From: Minisyncoccia bacterium
GTDB lineage: Bacteria > Patescibacteriota > Minisyncoccia > Phycocordibacterales > JAACPR01
Assembly: GCA_047639165.1 (NCBI GenBank)
Contig: JBLINH010000003.1
Span: 1 to 44,858, forward strand
Direction of reading: 5' to 3'
Length of the DNA: 44,858 nucleotides
The notes beneath the pieces are model-generated. The model ran no database searches and had not been told where the DNA came from. It worked only from the letters and a program-made list of their open reading frames with translations. A program made the position numbers and the translations under genes. Shown piece by piece: positions 17,688 through 26,825 of the stretch (its first letter is position 1; each line of letters starts with the position of its first letter).

Positions 17688-18134
17688 ATGCGAAGACAGA
17701 AACTCCCAAAAGCAAAGATAATCTCAATCACATCAATAGCTCTCCTACTGATCATATATATCCTATTTAACTTCAGAATATTCATTTCTGGACCTCAAAT
17801 AGAGATAATAGACCCTCAAAGTGGTTCTTCTTTTGAAGATCCGTTTATAGTAATCAGAGGTAAGGTAAAAAATATTTCCTTTCTCAGTATCGACGACTCC
17901 CCTATTTTCGTTGATGAGAATGGGAATTTTGGTCAGAAATTGCTCCTATCACCAGGTCTTAGTATAATTGAACTGTACGCTCGTGATAAATTTGAAAGAG
18001 AAGTAACTGAAATTCTAGAATACGTTTACAACGGAACTCTGACAGAAATAGATTTGAACGAATTGGACTCTATAGAAATAATAGTATCAACTTCTACAGA
18101 AGAAAATATCGCAACTTCTACTTCCACTTTTTAG
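17688..18134 (+). CDS. Membrane-anchored Ig-like hypothetical protein
   Basis: One TM then GPQIEIIDP...IRGKV...[16 protein letters not shown]. Confidence 0.7.
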   Translation: MRRQKLPKAKIISITSIALLLIIYILFNFRIFISGPQIEIIDPQSGSSFEDPFIVIRGKVKNISFLSIDDSPIFVDENGNFGQKLLLSPGLSIIELYARDKFEREVTEILEYVYNGTLTEIDLNELDSIEIIVSTSTEENIATSTSTF

Positions 18135-18198
18135 AAATTTTTTATTTTTTATTCACCACTGTGCTTTATTATTACCTCATACAAACTTAAAAAATATT

Positions 18199-19212
18199 AT
18201 GGCAAAAAAAACAACACCAAAGAAAGAAGCTGGTACATCTACAATAGATGAGACATTAAAAGATATCCAAACAAAGTTTGGTGAAGGAGCAATAATGAAG
18301 CTTGGTGAAAAACCAAAGGTAGATATTAATGCAATCCCAACAGGATCAATCGGGCTTGATCATGCTCTCGGTGTCGGAGGATTACCTCAAGGAAGAATAG
18401 TTGAGATATATGGACCAGAGTCATCTGGTAAGACAACCCTTGCACTTCATGTTGTTTCAGAAGCACAAAAGAAAGGTGGTGTGTGTGCATTCATTGATGC
18501 AGAGCATGCTCTTGATCCTGTTTACGCAAAAAAAATTGGCGTTCAGATTGATGACCTTCTAGTGTCACAACCTGACACTGGTGAACAAGCTCTTGAAATC
18601 ACAGAGAGTTTAGTGAGATCAGGTAAATTAGCTGTAATTGTAATAGACTCTGTTGCAGCACTAACACCTAAAGATGAAATCGAGGGTGATATGGGAGCAC
18701 ACCATGTTGGTAAACAAGCCCGACTAATGTCACAAGCTCTGAGAAAACTAACTGCCCTAGTAGCTAAGAGCAACACAGTTGTTATCTTCATCAACCAAAT
18801 CAGAATGCAGATTGGTGTTATGTTTGGTAACCCAGAGACAACTCCAGGAGGAAAAGCCCTTAAATTCTATACTTCAGTTAGACTAGATATTAGGAGAATC
18901 GCTCAAATCAAAAAGGGTGATGAGGTTATGGGAGGTAGAGTTCGAGTTAAGGTTGTAAAAAACAAAGTAGCAGCTCCTTTCAGACTTACCGAGTTTGATC
19001 TAATGTACAACGAAGGTATATCTCGTGAAGGTGAAATAATCGCCCTAGGAGAAAAGTACGAAATCGTACAGAAAGCTGGAGCCTCATACTCATACGGAGA
19101 TATAAAGCTTGCCAGAGGATATGATGCTACAAGAACTTTCCTTAGAGAAAACAAAAAAATTGCAGACGAAATTCTAAAGAAAATTAAATCTGAAATGAAA
19201 AAAGAGGAATAA
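18199..19212 (+). CDS. recA: Recombinase RecA
   Basis: [46 protein letters not shown]. Confidence 0.99.
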   Translation: MAKKTTPKKEAGTSTIDETLKDIQTKFGEGAIMKLGEKPKVDINAIPTGSIGLDHALGVGGLPQGRIVEIYGPESSGKTTLALHVVSEAQKKGGVCAFIDAEHALDPVYAKKIGVQIDDLLVSQPDTGEQALEITESLVRSGKLAVIVIDSVAALTPKDEIEGDMGAHHVGKQARLMSQALRKLTALVAKSNTVVIFINQIRMQIGVMFGNPETTPGGKALKFYTSVRLDIRRIAQIKKGDEVMGGRVRVKVVKNKVAAPFRLTEFDLMYNEGISREGEIIALGEKYEIVQKAGASYSYGDIKLARGYDATRTFLRENKKIADEILKKIKSEMKKEE

Positions 19213-19236
19213 TAAAAAACATCCTCTCACTATTAT

Positions 19237-19277
19237 AAAAAGAGATTCTTCAAGTACTACTTGAAGAATCTCTTTTT
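19237..19277 (+). terminator. Terminator after recA
   Basis: aaaaagagattcttcaag-tacta-cttgaagaatctcttttt. Confidence 0.8.
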
Positions 19278-19295
19278 ATGTATAGAATAGCAACC

Positions 19296-19880
19296 ATGCT
19301 CAACTACAATGAAATCAAAGAAAGGAGATACATCACTTTAGATAATGAACCATATGAAGTTCTGGAGCACAAAGTTTTCAGAAAACAAAAGAGTAAACCT
19401 GTTAATCAAACAAAGCTCCGAAACCTCATCACTGGTGGTGTCAAAGCACATACCTTTCATTCCAACGATACGGCTCCTGAAGCTGATATTGATAAGAAGA
19501 AAATAACTTTCCTATACAAAAAAGCAAATCGCCAAACAAACAATACAGAATATTTCTTTTGCCATGACAATGATAGGAGTAAAAGATTCTCTCTTTTAAA
19601 CGATATCATCGGAGACCAATCAAAGTTCATGAAAGAAAACCAAATTGTTGATGCCCTACTATTCAATGATGACGTCATTGGAATGAGTCTCCCTCTAAAG
19701 GTAAATCTCAAAGTTACAGATGCACCACCTGCTGTAAAAGGAAACTCTTCAACAGGTGCAACCAAACAAATAACACTAGAAACTGGAACTGTTATAAACG
19801 CTCCCCTGTTTATAAAAGAAGGAGATACCGTCTCAATCAAAACAGAGACTGGTGAGTACACAGAAAGAGTGTCTGGATAG
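19296..19880 (+). CDS. efp: Elongation factor P
   Basis: TKLRNLITG, PPAVKGNSS, KQITLETG...PLFIKEGD...TGEYTERV; start MLNY is 7 nt after TAGAAT. Confidence 0.93.
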   Translation: MLNYNEIKERRYITLDNEPYEVLEHKVFRKQKSKPVNQTKLRNLITGGVKAHTFHSNDTAPEADIDKKKITFLYKKANRQTNNTEYFFCHDNDRSKRFSLLNDIIGDQSKFMKENQIVDALLFNDDVIGMSLPLKVNLKVTDAPPAVKGNSSTGATKQITLETGTVINAPLFIKEGDTVSIKTETGEYTERVSG

Positions 19881-19884
19881 CTTA

Positions 19885-19908
19885 AAACCGCCCATTACGG
19901 GCGGTTTT
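19885..19908. terminator. Bidirectional terminator
   Basis: aaaaccgccc-atta-cgggcggtttt between convergent genes. Confidence 0.8.
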
Positions 19909-19912
19909 AGTA

Positions 19913-20074
19913 CTAATCTGACCATATTCCAGAAGCTTTCAGTTTATCCATCAAATCCAGCTCCAGCTCGTATAATGCCACAGAAAGATCCTCTCCGTTT
20001 CTTATGTTTTTGATTAAATGCTGTCTGGTCATTCTCCAGTCTGTGAGTATGCTATACACTAGATCGTTGTCCAC
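19913..20074 (-). CDS. 53-aa hypothetical protein (GTG start), paralog of the upstream ORF; not in ORF track
   Basis: MDNDLVYSILTDWRMTRQHLIKNIRNGEDLSVALYELELDLMDKLKASGIWSD aligns without gaps to 20059-20232. Confidence 0.7.
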   Translation of the reverse strand: MDNDLVYSILTDWRMTRQHLIKNIRNGEDLSVALYELELDLMDKLKASGIWSD

Positions 20075-20232
20075 TTTAAGGAATCTCTTAAGGTGTTTAA
20101 TCTAGAAGCATAATCCTTATCAATGGCATAAAGTGCCAAATCAAGGTCCCGTCTGTCTCTAATGGTATTAATAAGTCCAAAGCGAACGTTATCCCAATCT
20201 TTGTAGAACATGTTTATTAGGTCATTTTTCAT
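20059..20232 (-). CDS. 57-aa hypothetical protein; not in ORF track
   Basis: MKNDLINMFYKDWDNVRFGLINTIRDRRDLDLALYAIDKDYASRLNTLRDSLKWTTI. Confidence 0.7.
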   Translation of the reverse strand: MKNDLINMFYKDWDNVRFGLINTIRDRRDLDLALYAIDKDYASRLNTLRDSLKWTTI

Positions 20233-20301
20233 ATTTAAAGAACTTAAGGTTCAGAGATATTATATAAAAAGAGGTGTGAAATTACGGTAAAAATATGATA
20301 A

Positions 20302-20333
20302 ATCAAAAACCCCTCTTTCGAGGGGTTTTTGAT
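20302..20333 (-). terminator. Terminator after rpsR
   Basis: atcaaaaacccctc-tttc-gaggggtttttgat. Confidence 0.85.
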
Positions 20334-20342
20334 ACTTCACCT

Positions 20343-20540
20343 TTATTTAGATACGAAAGGCATAAGTCCCATGAATCTAGCTCTTTTTATTGCGCTGGCT
20401 AGCTTTCTTTGGTTCTTGGCAGTGATTCCATTTCTCTTTCGAGACATAATCCTTCCGTGAGGATTAGTGAATTCGCTTAAAGAAGCGATATCCTTGTAAT
20501 CAATGTGGTTTATATTATTTTCTTTAAAGTAATCTGACAT
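20343..20540 (-). CDS. rpsR: 30S ribosomal protein S18
   Basis: IDYKD...GRIMSRK..G...KNQRKLASAIKRARFMGLMPF. Confidence 0.96.
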   Translation of the reverse strand: MSDYFKENNINHIDYKDIASLSEFTNPHGRIMSRKRNGITAKNQRKLASAIKRARFMGLMPFVSK

Positions 20541-20586
20541 ATAAATTAAGTTCTGAAACTATATACTATTAGCTAATACCGTGCAA

Positions 20587-21051
20587 CTAGAATGGGATAT
20601 CGTCTGGATTGATTTCATCCTCTGGGTATTCAATTGGACTTCCATCGTTTTGAGGTGCTGCGGCAGCAACTGCTGCTTGTGGTGCACCGCTTCCTGCTGG
20701 AGATCCTTGGCTTGATCCTTCACCTGTCTTTTGACCAAACTGTACTCGATCTGCAACAATTTCAGTTCTGTACTTCTTTGTTCCATCTTGAGCGTCCCAA
20801 CTTCTAGTTTGTATTCGACCTTCGATTAATACTGACTGGCCTTTTTTAAGGTATTGAGCTGAAGTATCAGCTTGTCTACCAAACACTACGATATTATGAT
20901 AATCAACACTCTCTTGCTTGTTCCCATCTTTATCCTTGTAAACTCTATTTGTGGCTACTGAAAATGACGTAACACTGATTCCAGAAGGTAAAGCTTTTTT
21001 CTCTGGCTCTTGTGTTAGATTTCCTATTATTATTGCTTTGTTTAAATACAT
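20587..21051 (-). CDS. ssb: Single-stranded DNA-binding protein
   Basis: NKAIIIGNL, YLKKGQSVLIEGRIQTRSW, C-terminal DDIPF. Confidence 0.98.
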   Translation of the reverse strand: MYLNKAIIIGNLTQEPEKKALPSGISVTSFSVATNRVYKDKDGNKQESVDYHNIVVFGRQADTSAQYLKKGQSVLIEGRIQTRSWDAQDGTKKYRTEIVADRVQFGQKTGEGSSQGSPAGSGAPQAAVAAAAPQNDGSPIEYPEDEINPDDIPF

Positions 21052-21109
21052 AATGTTATGTTCTCAAATAGTTTTTAGTAAGTCAATCAACAACTTTAGA
21101 AAGAATTTA

Positions 21110-21655
21110 TTATTCTTTCACTAAATCTTCAATAGCTTGGTCTACCTCCTTTTCGTTCACCTTATTCTCTTCAACAACAGGTGCAACTACTTCTTCTTTC
21201 TTTTCTACTTTAGGCTCTTCTTTTCTCCCTCTTCTGTTATCTCTAGGCTCCTCTTTTTCATTATTACTCTTAATCGCATTGGCAACATCTTCAGAAGAAA
21301 TGTCTCCTTCTTCAGTTGCATTAATTAGAAGATATCTAAGCATAGACGGAAGTAGATCTAATTCCTCTTTCATCTTTACTAGTGATTCAGCTTCAGCTTT
21401 AAATTTAACCCAACCGAAATAGGCTGTGTCATGTTTTTGCTTCTTTGACTCAACATTCTTAGATATTGTGTAAGCAAGGTCAATCAGAGTTGGGTTACTC
21501 TCACTAACGATTTCCTTACCGTTTTTAGTAATAATCTCTTTTAGGTTAATAAATTCTTTATCAAGCTCCGCCTCTGGCAGACTTGAAACGAGATTAAAAC
21601 CAAGTTCATAGAACTTGATCACTTCGTCATGGTTTTGAATTTCTGTTTCTGACAT
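21110..21655 (-). CDS. rpsF: 30S ribosomal protein S6 with a long charged tail
   Basis: YELGF...LAYTISK...AYFGWVKF...MLRYLLI; rpsF-ssb-rpsR synteny. Confidence 0.9.
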   Translation of the reverse strand: MSETEIQNHDEVIKFYELGFNLVSSLPEAELDKEFINLKEIITKNGKEIVSESNPTLIDLAYTISKNVESKKQKHDTAYFGWVKFKAEAESLVKMKEELDLLPSMLRYLLINATEEGDISSEDVANAIKSNNEKEEPRDNRRGRKEEPKVEKKEEVVAPVVEENKVNEKEVDQAIEDLVKE

Positions 21656-21694
21656 GGAGTTGAGATTAACACATATATGAGTTTTGGGCAATAA

Positions 21695-22453
21695 CTATAC
21701 TCCAAAAAACTCTTTAGCATTCCCCATCACCTTCTCTCTAACCTCCCTCAGATCCATCCCCTTTATCTCGGCAATCTTCTTCACAACTTCAGAAACATAT
21801 ACAGGCTCATTCCTTTTCCCTCTGTGAGGAACTGGAGTAACAAACGGAGAATCTGTTTCTGACATGATTTTGTCCATAGGCATCATTCTCACCAACTCCT
21901 CATATTCTTTCGCAAAAGTGATGACACCGGTAAATGATGCATAGAAACCTAAGTCTATAATCTCCTGTAACTGTTCTTTTGTGGCAGCACAAAAATGAAA
22001 GTTCACTCGGAGTTTATCACCAAACTTTTCTTTGTACTCTCTAAGTATTTCTAAAACTTCAGGATATGCTTCCCTACAATGAATCATTAAAGGTTTGTCA
22101 TATTTCTTCGCAAGCTCAATTTGTTTTCTAAACACATCAATTTGTCTTTCTTTTCCGTCCTCCCCACGAAAGAAGTCTAATCCACATTCCCCCACTCCAA
22201 CAACCTTTGGTTCTTTGATCAAATCTTCAAAAAACTCCGTATCAAATTCTTCTTCATATGTTGGATGGAGTCCGATAACAGCAAACATGTTGTCATTTTC
22301 TTTTGCAAGATCAACAACTTCTTTTGAAGTTTTCTTATCTGTTCCAACGTTGATAACAGTTGTATCTGTTTCTTTAGTTCGCGCGATAACATCCGCACGA
22401 TCTTCGTCGTACTTATCAAAATTTAAATGCGCATGTATATCTATATATTTCAT
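21695..22453 (-). CDS. tatD: TatD family DNase
   Basis: DIHAHL, GLHP, GECGLD, IHCREA, ETDSPF, RNEP. Confidence 0.95.
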   Translation of the reverse strand: MKYIDIHAHLNFDKYDEDRADVIARTKETDTTVINVGTDKKTSKEVVDLAKENDNMFAVIGLHPTYEEEFDTEFFEDLIKEPKVVGVGECGLDFFRGEDGKERQIDVFRKQIELAKKYDKPLMIHCREAYPEVLEILREYKEKFGDKLRVNFHFCAATKEQLQEIIDLGFYASFTGVITFAKEYEELVRMMPMDKIMSETDSPFVTPVPHRGKRNEPVYVSEVVKKIAEIKGMDLREVREKVMGNAKEFFGV

Positions 22454-23883
22454 TAGTCTTTCCTAAAAAATAGTGGAACCTCCGGTTTCTTGTTTTCTTT
22501 AATCCCCGCCCTAATCTTCAAACTTGTCTCCGGAAGGATTGGTTCAAGTAACAAAGCCACTTCGTACAATCCTTGTACAAGCCCCTTAATGATCTCCTTT
22601 CCTTTCTCCTCATCCTCCTTAATAACCTTAAAAGGTTCCTCATCCTGAATCTTTTGATCAAGATCCCCAATCTTCTTCCATACGAAATCTCCCACTTTTT
22701 GTAGGTTAAACTCATCAAATGCTTTTGTATATTCGGAAGGAAATGGAACGTCCTTCACCTCAACACCATCAAGATTATCCTCTGACATCTTTAAAATTCG
22801 ATTGGTTAAGTTACCTATTCCATTTGCAAGATTTGCATTGTAGGCTTCTTTGAAACGTGATGTGGTAAAACCACTATCCTCGTACGGATGTATTTCTCGG
22901 ATAAGATAATATCTCATAGCATCAGTTCCATACTCATTAACAATATCAACAGGATTGATAACATTCCCGATACTCTTAGACATCTTTACTCCATCACTTG
23001 TAACAAAGCCATTCACAATTACAGTGTTTGTAGTTGGTAACCCAACAGAAAGCAACATAGCTTGCCACCTTGAAGCTTGGTGGATGACATTATCCTTTCC
23101 ACAGTATTGAACCGGTGTTCCACCTACCCAATACTTCTCGAAATCCCCCTCTGGCCACCCCAGTGTAGAGATATAGTTTACAAGGGCATCAAACCAAACA
23201 TACATAACGTGTTCATCATCTCCCGGAACAGATACTCCCCAAGGCATTTTATCTTTCAATCTTGAAATACTAAAATCTTCTAATCCTTGTTCGATTAGAC
23301 TTGTGAGTTCATTTAATCTAAATTCTGGTACAACTTTTATCTCATCACTTTCATATCTAGAAAGTAATTCTTTTCCAAACTCTGAATATTTAAAGAAATA
23401 ATTTTCTTCTTCAACCTCTTCTGGTTTTGTACCTGGATGATGAGGACAATATTCATCAACAAGGTCTTTGTCTGTGATAAACATTTCACATCCTTTGCAG
23501 TATAGTCCTTTGTATTTCTTCTTATAAATATATCCATTTTTGTCACACAACTTCCAAAACTCCTGTGCTGCTTTCTTATGATCTTCATCTGTAGTTCTGA
23601 TGAACTTGTCGTATGAAAGATTAAGAGTTTCTTTCAACGACTTGAAATGTTCTGCATTTCCATCAACAAAGGCTTGAGTATCTATTCCCTCTTCCTCTGC
23701 TCTTTGATGAATCTTCACACCGTGCTCGTCTGTACCTGTATTAAAAAACACATCAAAGTTTTGAAGTCTTTTGTATCTTGCTACTGTATCTGCACGCACT
23801 ACTTCAAGAGCAAAACCAATATGTGGTTTTGAATTAACATACGGAAGTGTTGTTGTTATATAGAAAGGTTTTTTACTAGTCAT
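22453..23883 (-). CDS. metG: Methionine--tRNA ligase (short form)
   Basis: PYVNSKPHIG, GTDEHG, YVWFDAL, KMSKS. Confidence 0.97.
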   Translation of the reverse strand: MTSKKPFYITTTLPYVNSKPHIGFALEVVRADTVARYKRLQNFDVFFNTGTDEHGVKIHQRAEEEGIDTQAFVDGNAEHFKSLKETLNLSYDKFIRTTDEDHKKAAQEFWKLCDKNGYIYKKKYKGLYCKGCEMFITDKDLVDEYCPHHPGTKPEEVEEENYFFKYSEFGKELLSRYESDEIKVVPEFRLNELTSLIEQGLEDFSISRLKDKMPWGVSVPGDDEHVMYVWFDALVNYISTLGWPEGDFEKYWVGGTPVQYCGKDNVIHQASRWQAMLLSVGLPTTNTVIVNGFVTSDGVKMSKSIGNVINPVDIVNEYGTDAMRYYLIREIHPYEDSGFTTSRFKEAYNANLANGIGNLTNRILKMSEDNLDGVEVKDVPFPSEYTKAFDEFNLQKVGDFVWKKIGDLDQKIQDEEPFKVIKEDEEKGKEIIKGLVQGLYEVALLLEPILPETSLKIRAGIKENKKPEVPLFFRKD

Positions 23884-23904
23884 AGTATGACGAGTGTATA
23901 AAAG

Positions 23905-24984
23905 TTAGCGTTTCTTAGCAAGTTTCTTTTCTTCTTCAAGTTTACTCCTCTCAATATCTCCAAGAAATTCCATAAAGGCAGCTGCTATTGGAACTGCAAT
24001 GATAATACCTAGGAACCCGGCAATTTTGGCACCTATGATAAGGGCGAGGATAGCGACAAGAGCTGGAATACCAACAATCTTCTTTACTACTAAAGGGTGA
24101 ATCAACTGACTCTCAAACTGTTGAATGATTAGATATAGACCTGTTGTTAGAAGTCCCAGAGAAGCTCCTCCTTCAACTAAGGCAAACCCAACAGCAGGGA
24201 CTGCTGCAAGAATAGGACCAAAGACCGGTATAAGTTCCATTATCGCTGCGATAACAGCAAGAAACAAAGCATTATCTACCCCAATGATAGAGAGACCGAG
24301 ATATGTAAGTGCACCAACAATTGCTGCGAGTAGGACCTGTCCTTGCATCCAAAGACCAATCTTTTTCTGTGATCGTGCCCAAAGGTCAAGTACATACGCT
24401 TCATTCTTTAAGGGTGTGATAATTCTAAGGAAATTAGCAACTCCATTTTCTTGTACAGCAAGATAGAAGGAAATAACTATAATCAATACGAAACTTAAAA
24501 TACCTCCCAAGAAACTACTTGCTGTACTAATAAATCCTAACGTCGCACCAGATATAGTATTTGTTATCTGTGATACCAAATCACTAGTCAAAAATGATGA
24601 TGATAATGACTCAGCAATTCCTCCAACACCTGGGAGACCAAGTGCTTCATCCCCTGACAGAGATTCAAAGTATGTAGGCAGAGTAACCACCAAACTTCTG
24701 ATATCATCAACAAGTGGTGGTAGGAATATCGCAAACATTCCAATCAAGACCACCAAGACTGAAACATAAATAGCCACAACAGATAGTACTCTGTTTATCT
24801 TATACCTCCCTAGTAGTCTAGTAATAGGCTCAATTGCTGAAGCAATTATGATTGCAGTTACGATTACTAAAACTAGGTCTCTTATTATATACAGAACATA
24901 AAGTGACAAAAGTATCACTATTGTTTTTATAATAGTACTTGGTGTAATAGAGACCAGTATTGCGTTGTCAGTTTTTCTTGTCAT
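23905..24984 (-). CDS. AI-2E family transporter
   Basis: ELIPVFGP, QQFESQLIHP, GFLGIIIAVP; start MTRK is 7 nt after TTGTAA-16-TAAAAT. Confidence 0.9.
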   Translation of the reverse strand: MTRKTDNAILVSITPSTIIKTIVILLSLYVLYIIRDLVLVIVTAIIIASAIEPITRLLGRYKINRVLSVVAIYVSVLVVLIGMFAIFLPPLVDDIRSLVVTLPTYFESLSGDEALGLPGVGGIAESLSSSFLTSDLVSQITNTISGATLGFISTASSFLGGILSFVLIIVISFYLAVQENGVANFLRIITPLKNEAYVLDLWARSQKKIGLWMQGQVLLAAIVGALTYLGLSIIGVDNALFLAVIAAIMELIPVFGPILAAVPAVGFALVEGGASLGLLTTGLYLIIQQFESQLIHPLVVKKIVGIPALVAILALIIGAKIAGFLGIIIAVPIAAAFMEFLGDIERSKLEEEKKLAKKR

Positions 24985-25031
24985 TACCATAATTTTACCA
25001 CCTAAAACTTTTATTACAATTTTTAATAACT

Positions 25032-25071
25032 AAAAACCCCAAACAACTAAGTTTAGTTGTTTGGGGTTTTA
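25032..25071 (-). terminator. Intrinsic terminator
   Basis: aaaaccccaaacaactaa-gt-ttagttgtttggggtttt. Confidence 0.8.
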
Positions 25072-25085
25072 TATTAAAAAGAGCT

Positions 25086-25253
25086 CTAAAGGATATCTAA
25101 ATACCCTAACCCTCTACCGATTCCAACCACCAGTAAACCTAATCCTATTTTTATAAAGATTACTTTAAGATGTTTTTTGGATTTTACATCCAAAAGATCC
25201 ATAAATGAAAAAAATATAGAGAGAGCTCCAATAAACATTATTATTCCTGACAT
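25086..25253 (-). CDS. 55-aa two-TM small membrane protein; not in ORF track
   Basis: MSGIIMFIGALSIFFSFMDLLDVKSKKHLKVIFIKIGLGLLVVGIGRGLGYLDIL; GAAAGGA upstream, terminator downstream. Confidence 0.6.
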   Translation of the reverse strand: MSGIIMFIGALSIFFSFMDLLDVKSKKHLKVIFIKIGLGLLVVGIGRGLGYLDIL

Positions 25254-25305
25254 TTTTGTACTTTTCCTTTCTTGTTAAGTTTCAAGGAACTCTAATGCAC
25301 AAAAA

Positions 25306-26571
25306 CTATATAGTCAACAACTTCTTAAACTTACCTTCATCCTTAAAAGGTCCAACAATTGCAAGATTTAGATTGTCTTCTTTTGCGATTTGATTGAAAA
25401 CCCTTTGAATATCTTTTGCAGTAACTGCTTTTAGGTTCTTGTACTTCTCTTGTGGACTTACTATATCTTGATGATGAAGTTCTTGAAATCCAAAGAAATC
25501 AGCATACTGGTCTGAAGTTTCAAGTGATGTGGCGATAGAACCAAGTATCAGCTCCTTAGCTTTCTTTAATTCTTTCTCATCTACAAGTTCATCTTTTAGT
25601 TTTTTAAACTCATCCATGATAACAGAAACTGCCTCCTCTGCTCTCTTATTTCCTACTCCAGCATTAACAACAAAAAGTCCTGCGTCTGTGACAGTATCAC
25701 TGTATGCTTTTGTGTAGTAACACATACCAAGTTCATCTCTCATCTTAGTAAACAGTCTTGAACTAAAACCTTGTCCAAGTACAGTAGCAGCAACTTTAAG
25801 AGCAAAATTTCTCTTATCTCCCATCTTAAATCCTCTGAATCCAATGGCGATATGAGCTTGATCAGTTTTCTTATACTTTACTTTAGTTTGCGCTCCTTTC
25901 TGACTTTCTTTGATCTTCTTTTTCTTAATTACCTTTCCATCATTCACATTAATGAAAGCTTCCTTAACTTGTTTCAAAATTTTCTTTTCATCAAAGTTTC
26001 CAGCTACAACAAAAGTTGTTTTGTCCGCAACATAATGTTCTTTATGATACTTAACAAAATCTTCTTGTTGGAATTTTTTAATGTTCTCTTTTGAACCTAA
26101 GATAGTTCTACCAGCTGGTTGGTCTCCGTACAGAAGTTCTCCAAGAACTTCCCAAACTCCTCTTTGAGGAAGATCTTCGTACATGTTTATCTCTTCGATA
26201 ATAACCCCTCTTTCAATATCAATATCTTTTTTAGGAAATGTTGGGTTTATATATATGTCAGAAACAATATCTATAACCTTAGGTAGTTTCTTGTAGTGAA
26301 CCTTCGCGTAGTAACCAGTATACTCTTCACCAGTGAAAGCATTACTTGAGGCTCCCATACCATCAAGTTCTAACTTAATATCATCCCCTGTTCGACCGGA
26401 TGTTCCCTTGAAGCACATGTGTTCAAGAAAATGAGAAAGGCCATTTACATTCTTATCCTCATAATGTGATCCGGTTTCAACCAAAACCATTCCGATAGCT
26501 GTTTGAGTATCTTTCATTGGGATAAAAATAACTCTTAAACCACTTGGTAGTATATGTTTCTTATATTTCAT
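25306..26571 (-). CDS. M16 (pitrilysin) family zinc peptidase
   Basis: GLSHFLEHMCFKGT inverted zinc motif, NAFT, ERGVIIEE, SSRLF. Confidence 0.95.
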   Translation of the reverse strand: MKYKKHILPSGLRVIFIPMKDTQTAIGMVLVETGSHYEDKNVNGLSHFLEHMCFKGTSGRTGDDIKLELDGMGASSNAFTGEEYTGYYAKVHYKKLPKVIDIVSDIYINPTFPKKDIDIERGVIIEEINMYEDLPQRGVWEVLGELLYGDQPAGRTILGSKENIKKFQQEDFVKYHKEHYVADKTTFVVAGNFDEKKILKQVKEAFINVNDGKVIKKKKIKESQKGAQTKVKYKKTDQAHIAIGFRGFKMGDKRNFALKVAATVLGQGFSSRLFTKMRDELGMCYYTKAYSDTVTDAGLFVVNAGVGNKRAEEAVSVIMDEFKKLKDELVDEKELKKAKELILGSIATSLETSDQYADFFGFQELHHQDIVSPQEKYKNLKAVTAKDIQRVFNQIAKEDNLNLAIVGPFKDEGKFKKLLTI

Positions 26572-26593
26572 GATCGTCAGTTTAACAGAAAGC

Positions 26594-26622
26594 AAAAGAG
26601 CGGGCAAATTTGCCCGCTCTTT
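26594..26622 (-). terminator. Intrinsic terminator overlapping the peptidase promoter
   Basis: aaagagcgggcaaatttgcccgctcttt. Confidence 0.75.
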
Positions 26623-26663
26623 AAGGTTTATTTTTTCTCTAGAGCATCTACATAAAACACAAA

Positions 26664-26801
26664 TTAATTCGTATCACCAAACGTATTTTCTGTTTTTGTA
26701 GGAACTCTGAACGGTTCTCTAATTGGGGTTTCATGAACCCAACTGATGTCATGTGGATCTATTTCGTCGTTAAACATAGCTTCAAAATATTCATACCACA
26801 C
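26664..26801 (-). CDS. Possible 45-aa ORF or gene remnant
   Basis: GTG-start MWYEYFEAMFNDEIDPHDISWVHETPIREPFRVPTKTENTFGDTN fills the gap; no recognisable motif. Confidence 0.25.
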   Translation of the reverse strand: MWYEYFEAMFNDEIDPHDISWVHETPIREPFRVPTKTENTFGDTN

Positions 26802-26825
26802 TTTTGTTTTTAGATAGAGGTATTT

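Noticed and set aside
15266-19880. Replichore switch implied by the change in gene orientation at ftsK
   Set aside because: The + strand block is only ~4.4 kb and genes revert to the minus strand afterwards, so orientation alone does not show an origin or terminus here.
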